Assembly: GCA_040399745.1 (NCBI GenBank)
Contig: JBBARP010000001.1
Span: 234,617 to 298,616, forward strand
Direction: 5' to 3'
Source: Bdellovibrionia bacterium
Lineage (GTDB): Bacteria; Bdellovibrionota; UBA1018
Length of the DNA stretch: 64,000 nt
Shown: positions 8,949 through 18,789 of the stretch, one piece after another
Numbering within the stretch: the first letter of the stretch is position 1
How the letters are laid out: the number at the start of each line of letters is the position of its first letter
Position numbers and translations under genes: made by a program
The notes under the pieces: generated by a model
The model's input: the letters and a program-made list of their open reading frames with translations, nothing else
Database searches by the model: none
What the model was told of the DNA's origin: nothing

Positions 8949-11150
8949 ATGCGTAATGAGATCATCCGCGACCTCGTGTCCCGGAGTCCCCGGAAATTTG
9001 ACCCGCCCCGAGATGAGCAGGGTCGTCGTCTGAAGGTGTCTGAGTTCTACGGAATGAACACCTTCGACCTTCACCAAATGCGCGAGAAACTCCCAAAGGA
9101 TGTTTTCTCGAAGCTGCAACAAACCATCGAGACCGGTCGGAAGCTCGATGCAGAAGTGGCTAACACCGTTGCCCACGCCATCAAAGAATGGGCGATTTCA
9201 CGCGGCGTCTCGCACTTCACTCACTGGTTTCAGCCGCAGACGGGCTCGACCGCCGAGAAGCACGAAGCTTTCATCAACTTCGACGATCACAAACGAGTGA
9301 TCGAGAAGTTTACCGGTGCTCAGCTCATTCAATCCGAGCCGGATGCTTCGAGTTTTCCCTCGGGCGGAATGCGCACCACTTTTGAGGCCCGCGGCTACAC
9401 GGCCTGGGACCCCACTTCACCCGTCTTCATCATGGAAGGTGCGGGCACGAAAACGCTTTGCGTGCCTTCGGTCTTCATCAGCTACCACGGCGATGCGCTG
9501 GACGAGAAAACCGCACTCCTTCGTTCGATGGAAGCTTTGTCGACCCAAGCATCATTGCTCCTTCAGAAGATCGGCCTTTCTCCGCGCCGAGTGATTCCTA
9601 CTTTGGGTGTAGAACAAGAGTACTTCCTGATTGATCGCGCGTTTTCTCAGCTTCGTCCGGATTTGATCATGACGGGTAGAACGCTGGTGGGCGGACAGCC
9701 TCCGAAAGGTCAGCAGCTGGAAGATCACTACTTCGGTTCGATTCCTGCGCGCGTGCAGGGCTTCATGGCCGAAATGGAGCATGAGCTTTATAAGCTCGGT
9801 GTTCCGGTCAAAGCACGTCACAACGAAGTGGCGCCTTCTCAGTACGAGACGGCTCCGATTTTCGAAGAAGCCAACATCGCGACCGATCACAATCAACTGG
9901 TCATGGAAGTGCTCAGAAAAGTAGCGCTTCGCCATCAGTTCTCGGTACTCCTGCACGAGAAGCCCTTTGCTGGCGTGAATGGTTCGGGAAAACACAATAA
10001 CTGGTCACTCATGATCTCGGCTCCGGGTACCGACATCGACGGCGAAAACCTGCTCGACCCAGGTAAAACGCCCCACGAGAACATCCGCTTCCTTCTTTGC
10101 TTGGCGGCAGTTCTCAAAGGTGTGCACACCCACGCAGGACTTCTGCGCGCGGGCATTGCGTCTGCTGGGAATGATCATCGCTTGGGCGCAAACGAAGCTC
10201 CTCCGGCCATCATTTCGGTGTTTCTCGGAAACTTGCTCGACCGCATCTTGAACGAGATCGAATCGGGCAATTTCGGAGGCCAAGGCGCCGAGGCTGCTGT
10301 GATTCGATTGGGAGTTTCCAAGATCCCAGAAGTGATGAAAGACAACACGGACCGCAATCGAACGAGTCCGTTTGCTTTTACCGGCAACAAATTCGAGTTC
10401 CGTGCTGTGGGTTCGTCGGCATCCGTGGCGTTCCCGGTCACCTTGGTCAATGCGGCTGCAGCCGATGGCTTTGAGCAAGTGACGAAGCTTCTTCAATCGA
10501 AGCTGGATTCCGGGAAGCGCTTGGATGAAGCCTGCCTGGAAACGGTTCGCGAAGTGGTGATAGCCACCAAAGCCATTCGGTTTGAAGGCAATAACTACTC
10601 AGAAGAGTGGGTTATTGAGGCCGAAAAACGCGGCCTCCTGAACCTGCGAAAAACGCCGGAAGCTTTGGAACAGCTGGTTTCGAAGTCGGCGACCGAGATG
10701 CTCCCACGCCTGGGTATCTTCACGGCCGCAGAACTTCAGTCGCGCTACCATGTGCGTTTGGAGCGCTACATCAAGAACCTGTTGATCGAAGTCGATACGC
10801 TGCGCTCGATGGTCGATACGCAGATTCAATCGGCTTGTTTTGAGTACCACGGAGTTTTGATGACCCAAGTGGCCCAAGCGAAAGCTTTGGGAATGTGGGC
10901 GCCTCAGCTTCGCTTGGCCGAGCGCATGGGCGGACTCCTCGAAGCTCTTCAGCAGCGTCGCGACGCCCTGGAAGCGGCGATGAAGAAGTTCGACGACACT
11001 TCAGGTGAGTCGGAAAAAGCCGTGCTTTTGGCAGGGCCGGTATCCGAAGCGATGCTTGAAGTTCGCGGAGTTTGTGACGAGCTCGAATCCATCATGGATG
11101 ACTCGCGCTGGCCGCTTCCGAAGTACCGCGAAATGCTGTTCTTGGCCTAA
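8949..11150 (+). CDS. glnA: Glutamine synthetase type III
   Basis: THWFQP, EPDASSFPSGG, HNEVAPSQYE, HEKPFAGVNGSGKH, DRNRTSPFAFTGNKFEFR, WPLPKYREMLF; AAAGGA SD before ATG 8949. Confidence 0.95.
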   Translation: MRNEIIRDLVSRSPRKFDPPRDEQGRRLKVSEFYGMNTFDLHQMREKLPKDVFSKLQQTIETGRKLDAEVANTVAHAIKEWAISRGVSHFTHWFQPQTGSTAEKHEAFINFDDHKRVIEKFTGAQLIQSEPDASSFPSGGMRTTFEARGYTAWDPTSPVFIMEGAGTKTLCVPSVFISYHGDALDEKTALLRSMEALSTQASLLLQKIGLSPRRVIPTLGVEQEYFLIDRAFSQLRPDLIMTGRTLVGGQPPKGQQLEDHYFGSIPARVQGFMAEMEHELYKLGVPVKARHNEVAPSQYETAPIFEEANIATDHNQLVMEVLRKVALRHQFSVLLHEKPFAGVNGSGKHNNWSLMISAPGTDIDGENLLDPGKTPHENIRFLLCLAAVLKGVHTHAGLLRAGIASAGNDHRLGANEAPPAIISVFLGNLLDRILNEIESGNFGGQGAEAAVIRLGVSKIPEVMKDNTDRNRTSPFAFTGNKFEFRAVGSSASVAFPVTLVNAAAADGFEQVTKLLQSKLDSGKRLDEACLETVREVVIATKAIRFEGNNYSEEWVIEAEKRGLLNLRKTPEALEQLVSKSATEMLPRLGIFTAAELQSRYHVRLERYIKNLLIEVDTLRSMVDTQIQSACFEYHGVLMTQVAQAKALGMWAPQLRLAERMGGLLEALQQRRDALEAAMKKFDDTSGESEKAVLLAGPVSEAMLEVRGVCDELESIMDDSRWPLPKYREMLFLA

Positions 11151-11151
11151 G

Positions 11152-12537
11152 TCAGCTGGAGAGCGGCGCAAATCGCGCCGTGAACTGACGAAGAACCGGT
11201 GGCTCGTGAAGGATGCGCATTCCGCGAAGCGCTTCCTTCCGGGCCACCACGCTTTCCATGCCCTCGAGAACGTAGTCGAAGTGGCTCTGCGTGTAGCAGC
11301 GTCGCGGAAAAGCGAGTCGCACCAGGTCCATTGCGGCAGGAACGAAGCGTCCTTCTGGATCACGCTTTCCTAGGCTCGCCGATCCCACTTCCACCGTACG
11401 CACGCCGTCGTTCAGGTAGATTTCGATCGCTAAGCTTTGACCGGGGAAATGCTCAGGGGCGATGTGCGGCAGGAAGCGTCGAGCGTCGATGAAAACGGCG
11501 TGGCCGCCGGTGGGTCGCACCACCGGGATGCCGAGCTTTTCCAGACCTTGGGCCATGTACTGGGTCGTGGCCACACGGTAACGCAAGTACTCGGGGTCGA
11601 GCGCTTCTTCCAGGCCCACTCCCATGGCTTCCAAATCCCGAGCGGCAAGGCCGCCGTAAGTGGGGAAGCCTTCGGTCATGATCAGTGAGCTTCGAAGGTC
11701 GTCGATCCACGAGCCTGCTTTCAGCGCGATGAATCCGCCCATGTTCACCAGGGCGTCTTTTTTACCGCTCATCAGCATGCCGTCAGCCAGGGAGAAAACT
11801 TCTTGGGCGATTTCGCGTGGTGTGCGGCCCGATTGTCCGGGTTCGCGGGCATGGATGAACCAGCAGTTCTCAGCGTAGCGACAGGCGTCCAGGATGAAGG
11901 GAATGCCGTGCTTTCGGTAAATGGCGGAGACGGCGCGCAAGTTCTCGAGCGAGACGGGTTGCCCCCCGCCCGAGTTATTCGTCAGCGTGGCCATCCCCAC
12001 CGGGATGGAACCGCGATTTTCTTCGCAGAAACGCTCCAAGCGCGCGACGTCGATATTGCCCTTAAACGGGTGGTCGCTTGCGGGGTCAAGGCCTTCGGCG
12101 ATGACGAGATCGACCGTTTTGCCGCCGCAGTGTTCGATATTGGCGCGAGTCGTGTCGAAGTGGTTATTCGAAGGAACGACGTGGCCTGGGCGAATGATTT
12201 GACCAAAAAGGAGGCGCTCGGAAGCGCGGCCTTGGTGAGTGGGGATGACGTGCTGGTAACCCGTCAGCGACTGAACCACCTCGCGAAACCGGAAGAAGCT
12301 CGACGAACCCGCGTAGCTTTCATCGGCTCGCATCATGGCGGACCATTGATTCGTACTCATGGCCGTCGTGCCGGAATCGGTCAGAAAATCAAAAGTGACG
12401 AATTCGGATGGCACTTGAAACAGGTTGTAGCCTGCCTCACGGATGACTCGTTCCCGCGTCTCGCGGTCATGGAGCTGAAGGGGCTCCACCATCTTGATCT
12501 TAAAAGGTTCGATGATGGTTCGGGTCGAGCGGCTCAT
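11152..12537 (-). CDS. tnaA: Tryptophanase / beta-eliminating PLP lyase
   Basis: EPFKIKMVE, DFLTDSGT, THQGR, FDTTR, PLP-lysine motif MSGKKD, EGFPTYGGLA, RLAFPRR. Confidence 0.88.
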   Translation of the reverse strand: MSRSTRTIIEPFKIKMVEPLQLHDRETRERVIREAGYNLFQVPSEFVTFDFLTDSGTTAMSTNQWSAMMRADESYAGSSSFFRFREVVQSLTGYQHVIPTHQGRASERLLFGQIIRPGHVVPSNNHFDTTRANIEHCGGKTVDLVIAEGLDPASDHPFKGNIDVARLERFCEENRGSIPVGMATLTNNSGGGQPVSLENLRAVSAIYRKHGIPFILDACRYAENCWFIHAREPGQSGRTPREIAQEVFSLADGMLMSGKKDALVNMGGFIALKAGSWIDDLRSSLIMTEGFPTYGGLAARDLEAMGVGLEEALDPEYLRYRVATTQYMAQGLEKLGIPVVRPTGGHAVFIDARRFLPHIAPEHFPGQSLAIEIYLNDGVRTVEVGSASLGKRDPEGRFVPAAMDLVRLAFPRRCYTQSHFDYVLEGMESVVARKEALRGMRILHEPPVLRQFTARFAPLSS

Positions 12538-13256
12538 GCGGTTCCTGCAACTTTCTTCGCGCGGCCCAGGAGCTCGCGGACTGCGGCATCATCGTCTTGC
12601 GCGCGCAGAAGTTCTGCTTCGCGCTCGGGATCAAGCGCCCGCACCGCTTCCGGCCGAAGAATATGTGTTCGGTCCGTATCGATTGACCAAGCTCCCGCCA
12701 CGCGAAGCTCGGGGTTTCCGCGCGAGCGCGCAAGCTCCACCCACTGCCGAAGTTGCAGGGCATCGGCCACATTGAAGAGTTCAGGTAGGACGGGGAAGAG
12801 AACGTCGGAAGCTGCAGTCAGGCAGTTTTGAAGAAGAATGCCGTCTTGAGTGGGGGAATCGATCAAGATCCAGTCGTAGTTCGGGATGAGGGGCTCGAGA
12901 AAGCGCGCTAGGATGCGCTCGCGATCGGTCCTTCGGGCCAAGTGGTATTCGATCCCTTCAATTCCTGCTTCAGCGGGGACTAGGTCAGGGCCTGATCCGG
13001 TCGTGACCACAAGCCGCGAGCGAAGCGTTCCCTCTTCCGAAGGACGGGACATGAAAAGCTCATCGACGGTGCCAGCCGATTCAAAGGGCGGCTCTCCGGG
13101 GACCACTTTCAGCGCGTCGGTCAGAGTGGCTTCAGGTTGAAGGTCCACCCAGAGAACTCGCTGACCGCTGCGAAAGAGGGCCAGGCCTAAGCGCTTCACG
13201 GCCTGAGCTTTTCTCGGGCCTTCCTTGAAACTGGTAACGGAAAGGGTGATCGACAT
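12534..13256 (-). CDS. Degenerate ParA/Soj-family protein (probable pseudo-ATPase)
   Basis: ParA-fold motifs RVLWVDLQPEA, DLVPA, YDWILIDSP and NCLTAASDVLFPV, but the Walker A reads KEGPRKA; ATGA overlap with tnaA. Confidence 0.7.
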   Translation of the reverse strand: MSITLSVTSFKEGPRKAQAVKRLGLALFRSGQRVLWVDLQPEATLTDALKVVPGEPPFESAGTVDELFMSRPSEEGTLRSRLVVTTGSGPDLVPAEAGIEGIEYHLARRTDRERILARFLEPLIPNYDWILIDSPTQDGILLQNCLTAASDVLFPVLPELFNVADALQLRQWVELARSRGNPELRVAGAWSIDTDRTHILRPEAVRALDPEREAELLRAQDDDAAVRELLGRAKKVAGTA

Positions 13257-13348
13257 GCTGCGTCGAGTTTAACGAGCTGGGGTAGAAAACACAATCATTG
13301 CCGCAAGTCCCGTTGCAGCCGCCCGTGCCTCGGGGCTAGCCTAGTAGA

Positions 13349-13708
13349 ATGGGAATGATGGCACCAATCGCCGAACACCTTCGCCAAGCCTACGCCCGGC
13401 GAGTCCAGGAGCGTTCCTGGCTGGGACAGGTGCTTCGCAAGCTCAGGCGTTTTTGGCTGGGTACTTTCTTTCCTGAAAAGATTGAGAAATCGGTCGCCGA
13501 GCGCCAAGGCGACTGCCACCGGTGCGGCCTGTGCTGTGAACTGGTTTATCGCTGCCCATTTCTGGGGCGCGACAGTCAGAACCTGCCTTACTGCAGAATT
13601 TACGGGGACTTGCGGCCGGCCAATTGCCGAAACTATCCATTTGACGCCGTCGACTCAGAAATCGATACCTGCGGGTACACATTCGATTCTAAGCCCGGAA
13701 AGCAGTGA
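13349..13708 (+). CDS. YkgJ-type cysteine-cluster (Fe-S/Zn) protein
   Basis: CHRCGLCC...CPFL...CRIY...RPANCRNYP...CGY pattern; stop overlaps the ribF start. Confidence 0.75.
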   Translation: MGMMAPIAEHLRQAYARRVQERSWLGQVLRKLRRFWLGTFFPEKIEKSVAERQGDCHRCGLCCELVYRCPFLGRDSQNLPYCRIYGDLRPANCRNYPFDAVDSEIDTCGYTFDSKPGKQ

Positions 13709-14643
13709 TGAACCCTTTGAGACTCAGTTCCCCGGTCATTCTGACCCTTGGCAATTTTGATGGCGTGCACTTGGGGCACCGGCAGATTCTAGACCTCGTG
13801 GTGGGAAAAGCCCGCTCCCAGGGCGGTTCGGCCGTGGCGATGACCTTTCGTCCGCACCCCCAGTTGGCGCTCCGGCCTGGGACAAAGCTGCCGCTTCTTT
13901 CCACCTATGAAGAGCGGGCACGCTTGATTCGCTCCTCGGGTGTCGATGCTTTGATCGAGGAGCCGTTTTCGCGCGAGCTTTCGAACACCCCGCCTCGGGA
14001 GTTTTTTAACGAAATCGTACTTCGTAGGCTCTCGGCCCGCGAACTGGTGGTGGGCTATGACTTCGCTTTTGGGCGTGGCCGAGAAGGTAGCCTGGAAGTG
14101 ATGCAGGAGCTTTGCGACGCCGCTGGGGTGACGCTGACGATTGTCCCTCCCTTCAAAGTAGAAGGGGAAGTGGCCTCGAGTTCTCGGATCCGCGCCCTGC
14201 TTCTCGGTGGCCACGTGGAAGAAGCCACTCGCCTGCTAGGCCATGAGTTCTTCTATCAAGGGGTGATTGAGCGGGGTGAGCAGCGCGGGCGAAAGCTCGG
14301 GTTTCCCACGGCCAATCTTCGGCCCAGAGACGGGAAGCTCGTTCTGCCTTACGGGGTTTACGCCACCTGGGCGGTCCTGGAAGACGGTCAGCGTTTGCCG
14401 TCGGTGACGAATCTGGGTGTTCGCCCGACGTTCATTGCGCAAGCTGCCGAGGGTGAGGAACAAGTGCCTGTCATTTCCGAGACTCACATCCTCGATCAGA
14501 AAATCGATCTGTACGGTCGCACGCTCGAGGTTCGTTTCGTTGCGCGCTTGCGTGAGGAGCGAAAATTTTCTGGGCTTGAAGCTTTGCGGAATCAAATCGA
14601 GACGGACGTTCAGGAAGCTCGAAAGGCACTGGGACTGGGCTGA
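13708..14643 (+). CDS. ribF: Bifunctional riboflavin kinase / FAD synthetase
   Basis: GNFDGVHLGH, VGYDFAFGR, SSSRIR, GRKLGFPTAN, ETHILD, LREERKF. Confidence 0.96.
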   Translation: MNPLRLSSPVILTLGNFDGVHLGHRQILDLVVGKARSQGGSAVAMTFRPHPQLALRPGTKLPLLSTYEERARLIRSSGVDALIEEPFSRELSNTPPREFFNEIVLRRLSARELVVGYDFAFGRGREGSLEVMQELCDAAGVTLTIVPPFKVEGEVASSSRIRALLLGGHVEEATRLLGHEFFYQGVIERGEQRGRKLGFPTANLRPRDGKLVLPYGVYATWAVLEDGQRLPSVTNLGVRPTFIAQAAEGEEQVPVISETHILDQKIDLYGRTLEVRFVARLREERKFSGLEALRNQIETDVQEARKALGLG

Positions 14644-14715
14644 TTTTGCCGGCTTTTTCCGTCAAAACCCTGCCTCGTTGACGCTTTCTCAAGCGGGCTC
14701 GAAACTGGAAGTCAG

Positions 14716-16446
14716 ATGTCTCTCCAGCTTGCCGAGCTTCTTCAGAAGGACAAGATCATTACGTCCGCTCAGCTTCAGGAATCCGTGGGCGCCGCGCGCG
14801 ATCATGGAAAGGAGCACGTCCGTTTTCTGATTGATCAGAAATACGTCTCGGAGACGAAGCTTCTCTACTACTTAAGCCAGAAATTCGGCCTGGCATCGGT
14901 CAACATCGCAAAATTTGATATCGCGTCTGAAGTCGCAAAAATCCTGACTTCTGACCAAGCATTCAAGTACCAAGCGATACCGATTCAATCCAATCCCACG
15001 ACCGTGGTGCTTGCCGTTTGCGATCCCACGAAAGTGGCGCAGATCGAAGATCTGAAGTTCCAAGTGAAGCGCGCGGTCGAAGTGGTGCTGACCACTTTTT
15101 CGGCCTTTGATGGCGCGATGGAAAAGCACTTCGGCTCGAACCACGCCGTGGGCAACGCCATTGCCCAGTACGAAAAAAGTCAGAAAAAATCGACTGCTGC
15201 TGAGCAGGCCGAAGCGGGTCCAGTCCTAGCGCTTGAGATGAATCAAATTCACGAGATCGATCCGGGCAAAGGCCCCAATATCGATGCACCCGTGATTGCG
15301 CTCGTGAACGGGATTCTCAGCGAAGCCGTGCGCCGAAAGGCCTCCGATATTCACTGCGAGCCCTACGAGAAACGCTTCCGCGTCCGGATGCGGGTAGACG
15401 GCGTCCTTTACGAGACGGCGCAAATTCCCGTCGAAATGAAGCGGGCTGTGATTGCGCGCCTCAAAGTGATGGCGCGACTCGATATCTCCGAATCCCGGAT
15501 TCCCCAAGACGGCCGCATGAAGCTGAAGTTCGGCAATCAAGAGATCGACTTCCGGGTGAACTCCATGCCCACGATCTTCGGCGAAAAAGTAGTGCTTCGT
15601 CAGTTGAACAAGTCCAACGTGAACTTGAAGCTCGATGCCTTGGGTTTTGAGACCGAGCAGATGAAGACTTTCAAAAAGGGGATCTATTCCCCGACAGGCA
15701 TGGTGTTGGTCACGGGCCCGACGGGTTCAGGAAAAACCACCACTCTTTATTCAGCCCTGATGGAGCTGAACCAGATTTCAGACAACGTTTCGACTGCGGA
15801 GGATCCGGTCGAATACAACCTAGAAGGCATTAACCAGGTCCAAGTGAATAAGGACGTGGGCCTCACCTTTCCAGCCGTTCTTCGCGCCCTTTTGCGCCAA
15901 GATCCGGACGTGATTCTGGTGGGGGAAGTGCGAGATTACGAAACGGCGGAAGTGGCCATTCAGGCTGCGCTGACGGGCCACTTGGTGCTCTCCACGCTTC
16001 ACACCAATGATGCTCCTTCCACGATCGTTCGTTTGACGAACATGGGAATCGAGCCGTTCCTCGTCGTCGCTTCGCTGAACACCATCGTGGCTCAGCGCCT
16101 GCTTCGCCGACTCTGTACGGAATGCGCGGTCGATCGTGTGCTTCCGAAGGAAAAGATCGCGGAATTCGGCTTTGATCCGGCACGTGCCGACAAATTGAAA
16201 TTCAGAGAGCCGCGGGGTTGTTCTCAGTGCAACAACACGGGCTACCGCGGACGAATGGCCATTTACGAGGTCATGGAATTCAGTCAGGCCTTGAAAGAAA
16301 TGGTTCTACGCGGGGATAGCGTTTTGGATTTGAAGCGCCGAGCAGTCAAGGACGGCATGCAAACTTTGCGGGTCTCTGCTCTTTCAAAAGCAGCCGCAGG
16401 CCTCACCTCAGTAGAAGAGGCTCTGACCCTGACAATGGAGAACTAA
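14716..16446 (+). CDS. pilB: Type IVa pilus extension ATPase PilB
   Basis: ASDIHCEP, RIPQDGR, GPTGSGKTTTLY, EDPVEY, LRQDPD, tetracysteine Zn motif, GYRGR. Confidence 0.95.
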   Translation: MSLQLAELLQKDKIITSAQLQESVGAARDHGKEHVRFLIDQKYVSETKLLYYLSQKFGLASVNIAKFDIASEVAKILTSDQAFKYQAIPIQSNPTTVVLAVCDPTKVAQIEDLKFQVKRAVEVVLTTFSAFDGAMEKHFGSNHAVGNAIAQYEKSQKKSTAAEQAEAGPVLALEMNQIHEIDPGKGPNIDAPVIALVNGILSEAVRRKASDIHCEPYEKRFRVRMRVDGVLYETAQIPVEMKRAVIARLKVMARLDISESRIPQDGRMKLKFGNQEIDFRVNSMPTIFGEKVVLRQLNKSNVNLKLDALGFETEQMKTFKKGIYSPTGMVLVTGPTGSGKTTTLYSALMELNQISDNVSTAEDPVEYNLEGINQVQVNKDVGLTFPAVLRALLRQDPDVILVGEVRDYETAEVAIQAALTGHLVLSTLHTNDAPSTIVRLTNMGIEPFLVVASLNTIVAQRLLRRLCTECAVDRVLPKEKIAEFGFDPARADKLKFREPRGCSQCNNTGYRGRMAIYEVMEFSQALKEMVLRGDSVLDLKRRAVKDGMQTLRVSALSKAAAGLTSVEEALTLTMEN

Positions 16447-16451
16447 CGCTC

Positions 16452-17534
16452 ATGGCGCGAGTCGGACTTCCAGCACTACTCAAAGCGATGGTGGATCAGG
16501 ACGCTTCTGACCTTCACATCACGGTGGGCGTGCCTCCTGAGATGCGGATTCAGGGGAAAATGACCAAAGTGAAGACCGACGTCCTCACGCACCAGGACAC
16601 CAAGGAAATCTGTTACTCGGTTTTGACCGACGCTCAAAAAAGGGATTTCGAGCAGAACCTCGAAGTCGACTTTTCCTTCGGCATTAAAGATGTGGCCCGG
16701 TTCCGGGGCAATTTGTTTTACCAACGGGGTGGCGTGGCAGGCGTGTTTCGGCGAATTCCGCTTGAGATTCCCGATTTCAACGCGCTCGGGCTTCCTCAGG
16801 TCTTGAAGAAAATCATTCGACGCCCGAACGGGCTGATCTTGGTCACGGGCCCCACGGGTTCGGGGAAATCAACCTCGCTTGCGGGCCTGCTCGATATTCT
16901 GAACCGCGAAGAGTACGGCCACTTGGTGACCGTTGAAGACCCGATCGAGTTTGTTCATCCGCACAAAAACTGCATCGTGAACCAGCGCGAAGTGGGCCAG
17001 GACACAAAAAGCTTTGGTAGCGCACTGAAACGCCTCCTTCGTCAGGACCCGGACTTCATTTTGGTGGGCGAACTTCGGGATGCCGAAACCATCGAAAGCG
17101 CACTGACTTTGGCTGAAACAGGCCACTTGGTGTTTGGCACGCTCCACACCAATAACGCCGTTCAATCGATTAACCGAATCGTGAACGTTTTTCCGCCACA
17201 CCAGCAGCCGCAGATTCGCCAGGTGCTGAGCTTCACGCTTCAAGCGGTCATGTGTCAGCTTCTCTTGCCGAGGAGCTACCAACCGGGCCGCTGTCTCGTG
17301 TACGAGCTATTGATTCCGAATATGGCCATCCGGAACCTGATTCGCGAAGATAAGCTGCATCAGGTTTATTCCGCCATGCAAGCGGGCCAAGAAGAATCGG
17401 GCATGCAGACCATGAACCAGAGTATCCTGGCTCAAGTGAAGGCTGGGGTGCTCTCGAAGCAAGATGCTTTGGATGCCTCGACCATGCCTGAAGAAATTGC
17501 CAAAGCCTTAGGGCAAATTCAGGATAAGCGATGA
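16452..17534 (+). CDS. pilT: Type IV pilus retraction ATPase PilT
   Basis: ASDLHITVG, GPTGSGKST, AETGHLVFGTLHT, AIRNLIRE, GMQTM. Confidence 0.96.
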   Translation: MARVGLPALLKAMVDQDASDLHITVGVPPEMRIQGKMTKVKTDVLTHQDTKEICYSVLTDAQKRDFEQNLEVDFSFGIKDVARFRGNLFYQRGGVAGVFRRIPLEIPDFNALGLPQVLKKIIRRPNGLILVTGPTGSGKSTSLAGLLDILNREEYGHLVTVEDPIEFVHPHKNCIVNQREVGQDTKSFGSALKRLLRQDPDFILVGELRDAETIESALTLAETGHLVFGTLHTNNAVQSINRIVNVFPPHQQPQIRQVLSFTLQAVMCQLLLPRSYQPGRCLVYELLIPNMAIRNLIREDKLHQVYSAMQAGQEESGMQTMNQSILAQVKAGVLSKQDALDASTMPEEIAKALGQIQDKR

Positions 17535-17546
17535 GGCTTCTGAGAC

Positions 17547-18779
17547 ATGTCTGATTACACTTACGTCGGGGTTGATAAGTCCGGCAAAAAAGTGATGGGT
17601 TCCGTGACGGCGCCTACTGAAGGCGACCTTCGAATGATGCTGCGTCAGCAGGGCATTCGGCCCACGAAAGTGGCGTTGTCATCGAAAGAAGGCACACGCC
17701 AACTCACGATGGCGAACCTGTTTAAGGGAAGCGGGCCGTCGGTTCCCTTGGAAGTGATGCTGATCTTTACCCGCCAGCTTTACGTCTTGGTGAGTTCCGG
17801 CATTCCTTTGATTCAGTCGATCGAAACTCTAGCGGATCAAGCCAACCATCCCGCTCTGAAGCAGATTTTGGGTGATGTTCGGGCGCGCGTCACTTCGGGC
17901 GCCTACTTCTGGGAGTCGCTATCGCTCTATCCCCGCGCTTTTTCAAAACTCTATGTTTCGCTGATCCGTGCAGGCGAAAGCTCAGGCTCTCTCGACGAAA
18001 TGCTGAAGCGCTTGACGGGCTACATGGAAGACTCAAACCGCCTGCGCCGACTTTTGAAGTCAGCCATGATCTATCCCATTGCCGTCATATCGGTCGGGAT
18101 CGCGGTCATCGCGGCCATGATGATTTTCGTGATTCCGAAGTTCGAAGAGCTTCTGACCGCAAGCGGCCAAGAGCTGCCTTGGATTACTCAGTTGGTTTTG
18201 AATTCATCGCGCTTCATGGTTTCCAACCTGCTTTACATCGTCGCCGGCGCCGTAGCGGGTGGATACATGCTGCTTCGCTATTTCCGAAGCCCTGAAGGAA
18301 AAGCACTGCTGGACCGTGTGGTCTTTTCGGTTCCGATTTTCGGGCCAATGACACAAAAAGGCGCCGTAGCGCGGTTCTCGCGCACCATGCAGACCTTGCT
18401 TGCAGCGGGTGTTTCGCTTTTGGACGCCATCGATATTTGCCGAACCACGATCGATAACGCCGTGGTGGAAGCGGCTGTGGCGAAGATTCGAACCGAAGTC
18501 GAGGCGGGCAACCGCTTAGGTGTGGTGGTGAGTCGTCTAGATGTGTTTCCGAAAATGGCCGTTCAGATGATCTCAGTTGGCGAGGCCTCAGGTTCACTCG
18601 ATCAGATGCTCGAAAAAGTGGCCGATTTTTATGAAGCCGAAGTGGAAGCGGCTGTGGCCGGGATGTCCAAGCTCATTGAGCCCTTCATCTTGGTGTTCTT
18701 AGGCGGCACCGTGGGCGGGCTTTTGATCGCCATGTACCTGCCGATCTTTAAATTGGCCGGCGGCGGCGGCACGGAATGA
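17547..18779 (+). CDS. pilC: Type IV pilus platform protein PilC (GspF family)
   Basis: FTRQL, AGESSGSL, KSAMIYP, VGEASGSLDQML, IEP, AMYLPIF. Confidence 0.95.
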   Translation: MSDYTYVGVDKSGKKVMGSVTAPTEGDLRMMLRQQGIRPTKVALSSKEGTRQLTMANLFKGSGPSVPLEVMLIFTRQLYVLVSSGIPLIQSIETLADQANHPALKQILGDVRARVTSGAYFWESLSLYPRAFSKLYVSLIRAGESSGSLDEMLKRLTGYMEDSNRLRRLLKSAMIYPIAVISVGIAVIAAMMIFVIPKFEELLTASGQELPWITQLVLNSSRFMVSNLLYIVAGAVAGGYMLLRYFRSPEGKALLDRVVFSVPIFGPMTQKGAVARFSRTMQTLLAAGVSLLDAIDICRTTIDNAVVEAAVAKIRTEVEAGNRLGVVVSRLDVFPKMAVQMISVGEASGSLDQMLEKVADFYEAEVEAAVAGMSKLIEPFILVFLGGTVGGLLIAMYLPIFKLAGGGGTE

Positions 18780-18789
18780 GGCATTTGAA

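Noticed and set aside
11803..12831. 342-aa plus-strand ORF antisense to tnaA
   Set aside because: Shadow ORF caused by GC-rich codon bias; no motifs, and the opposite strand encodes a clear enzyme.
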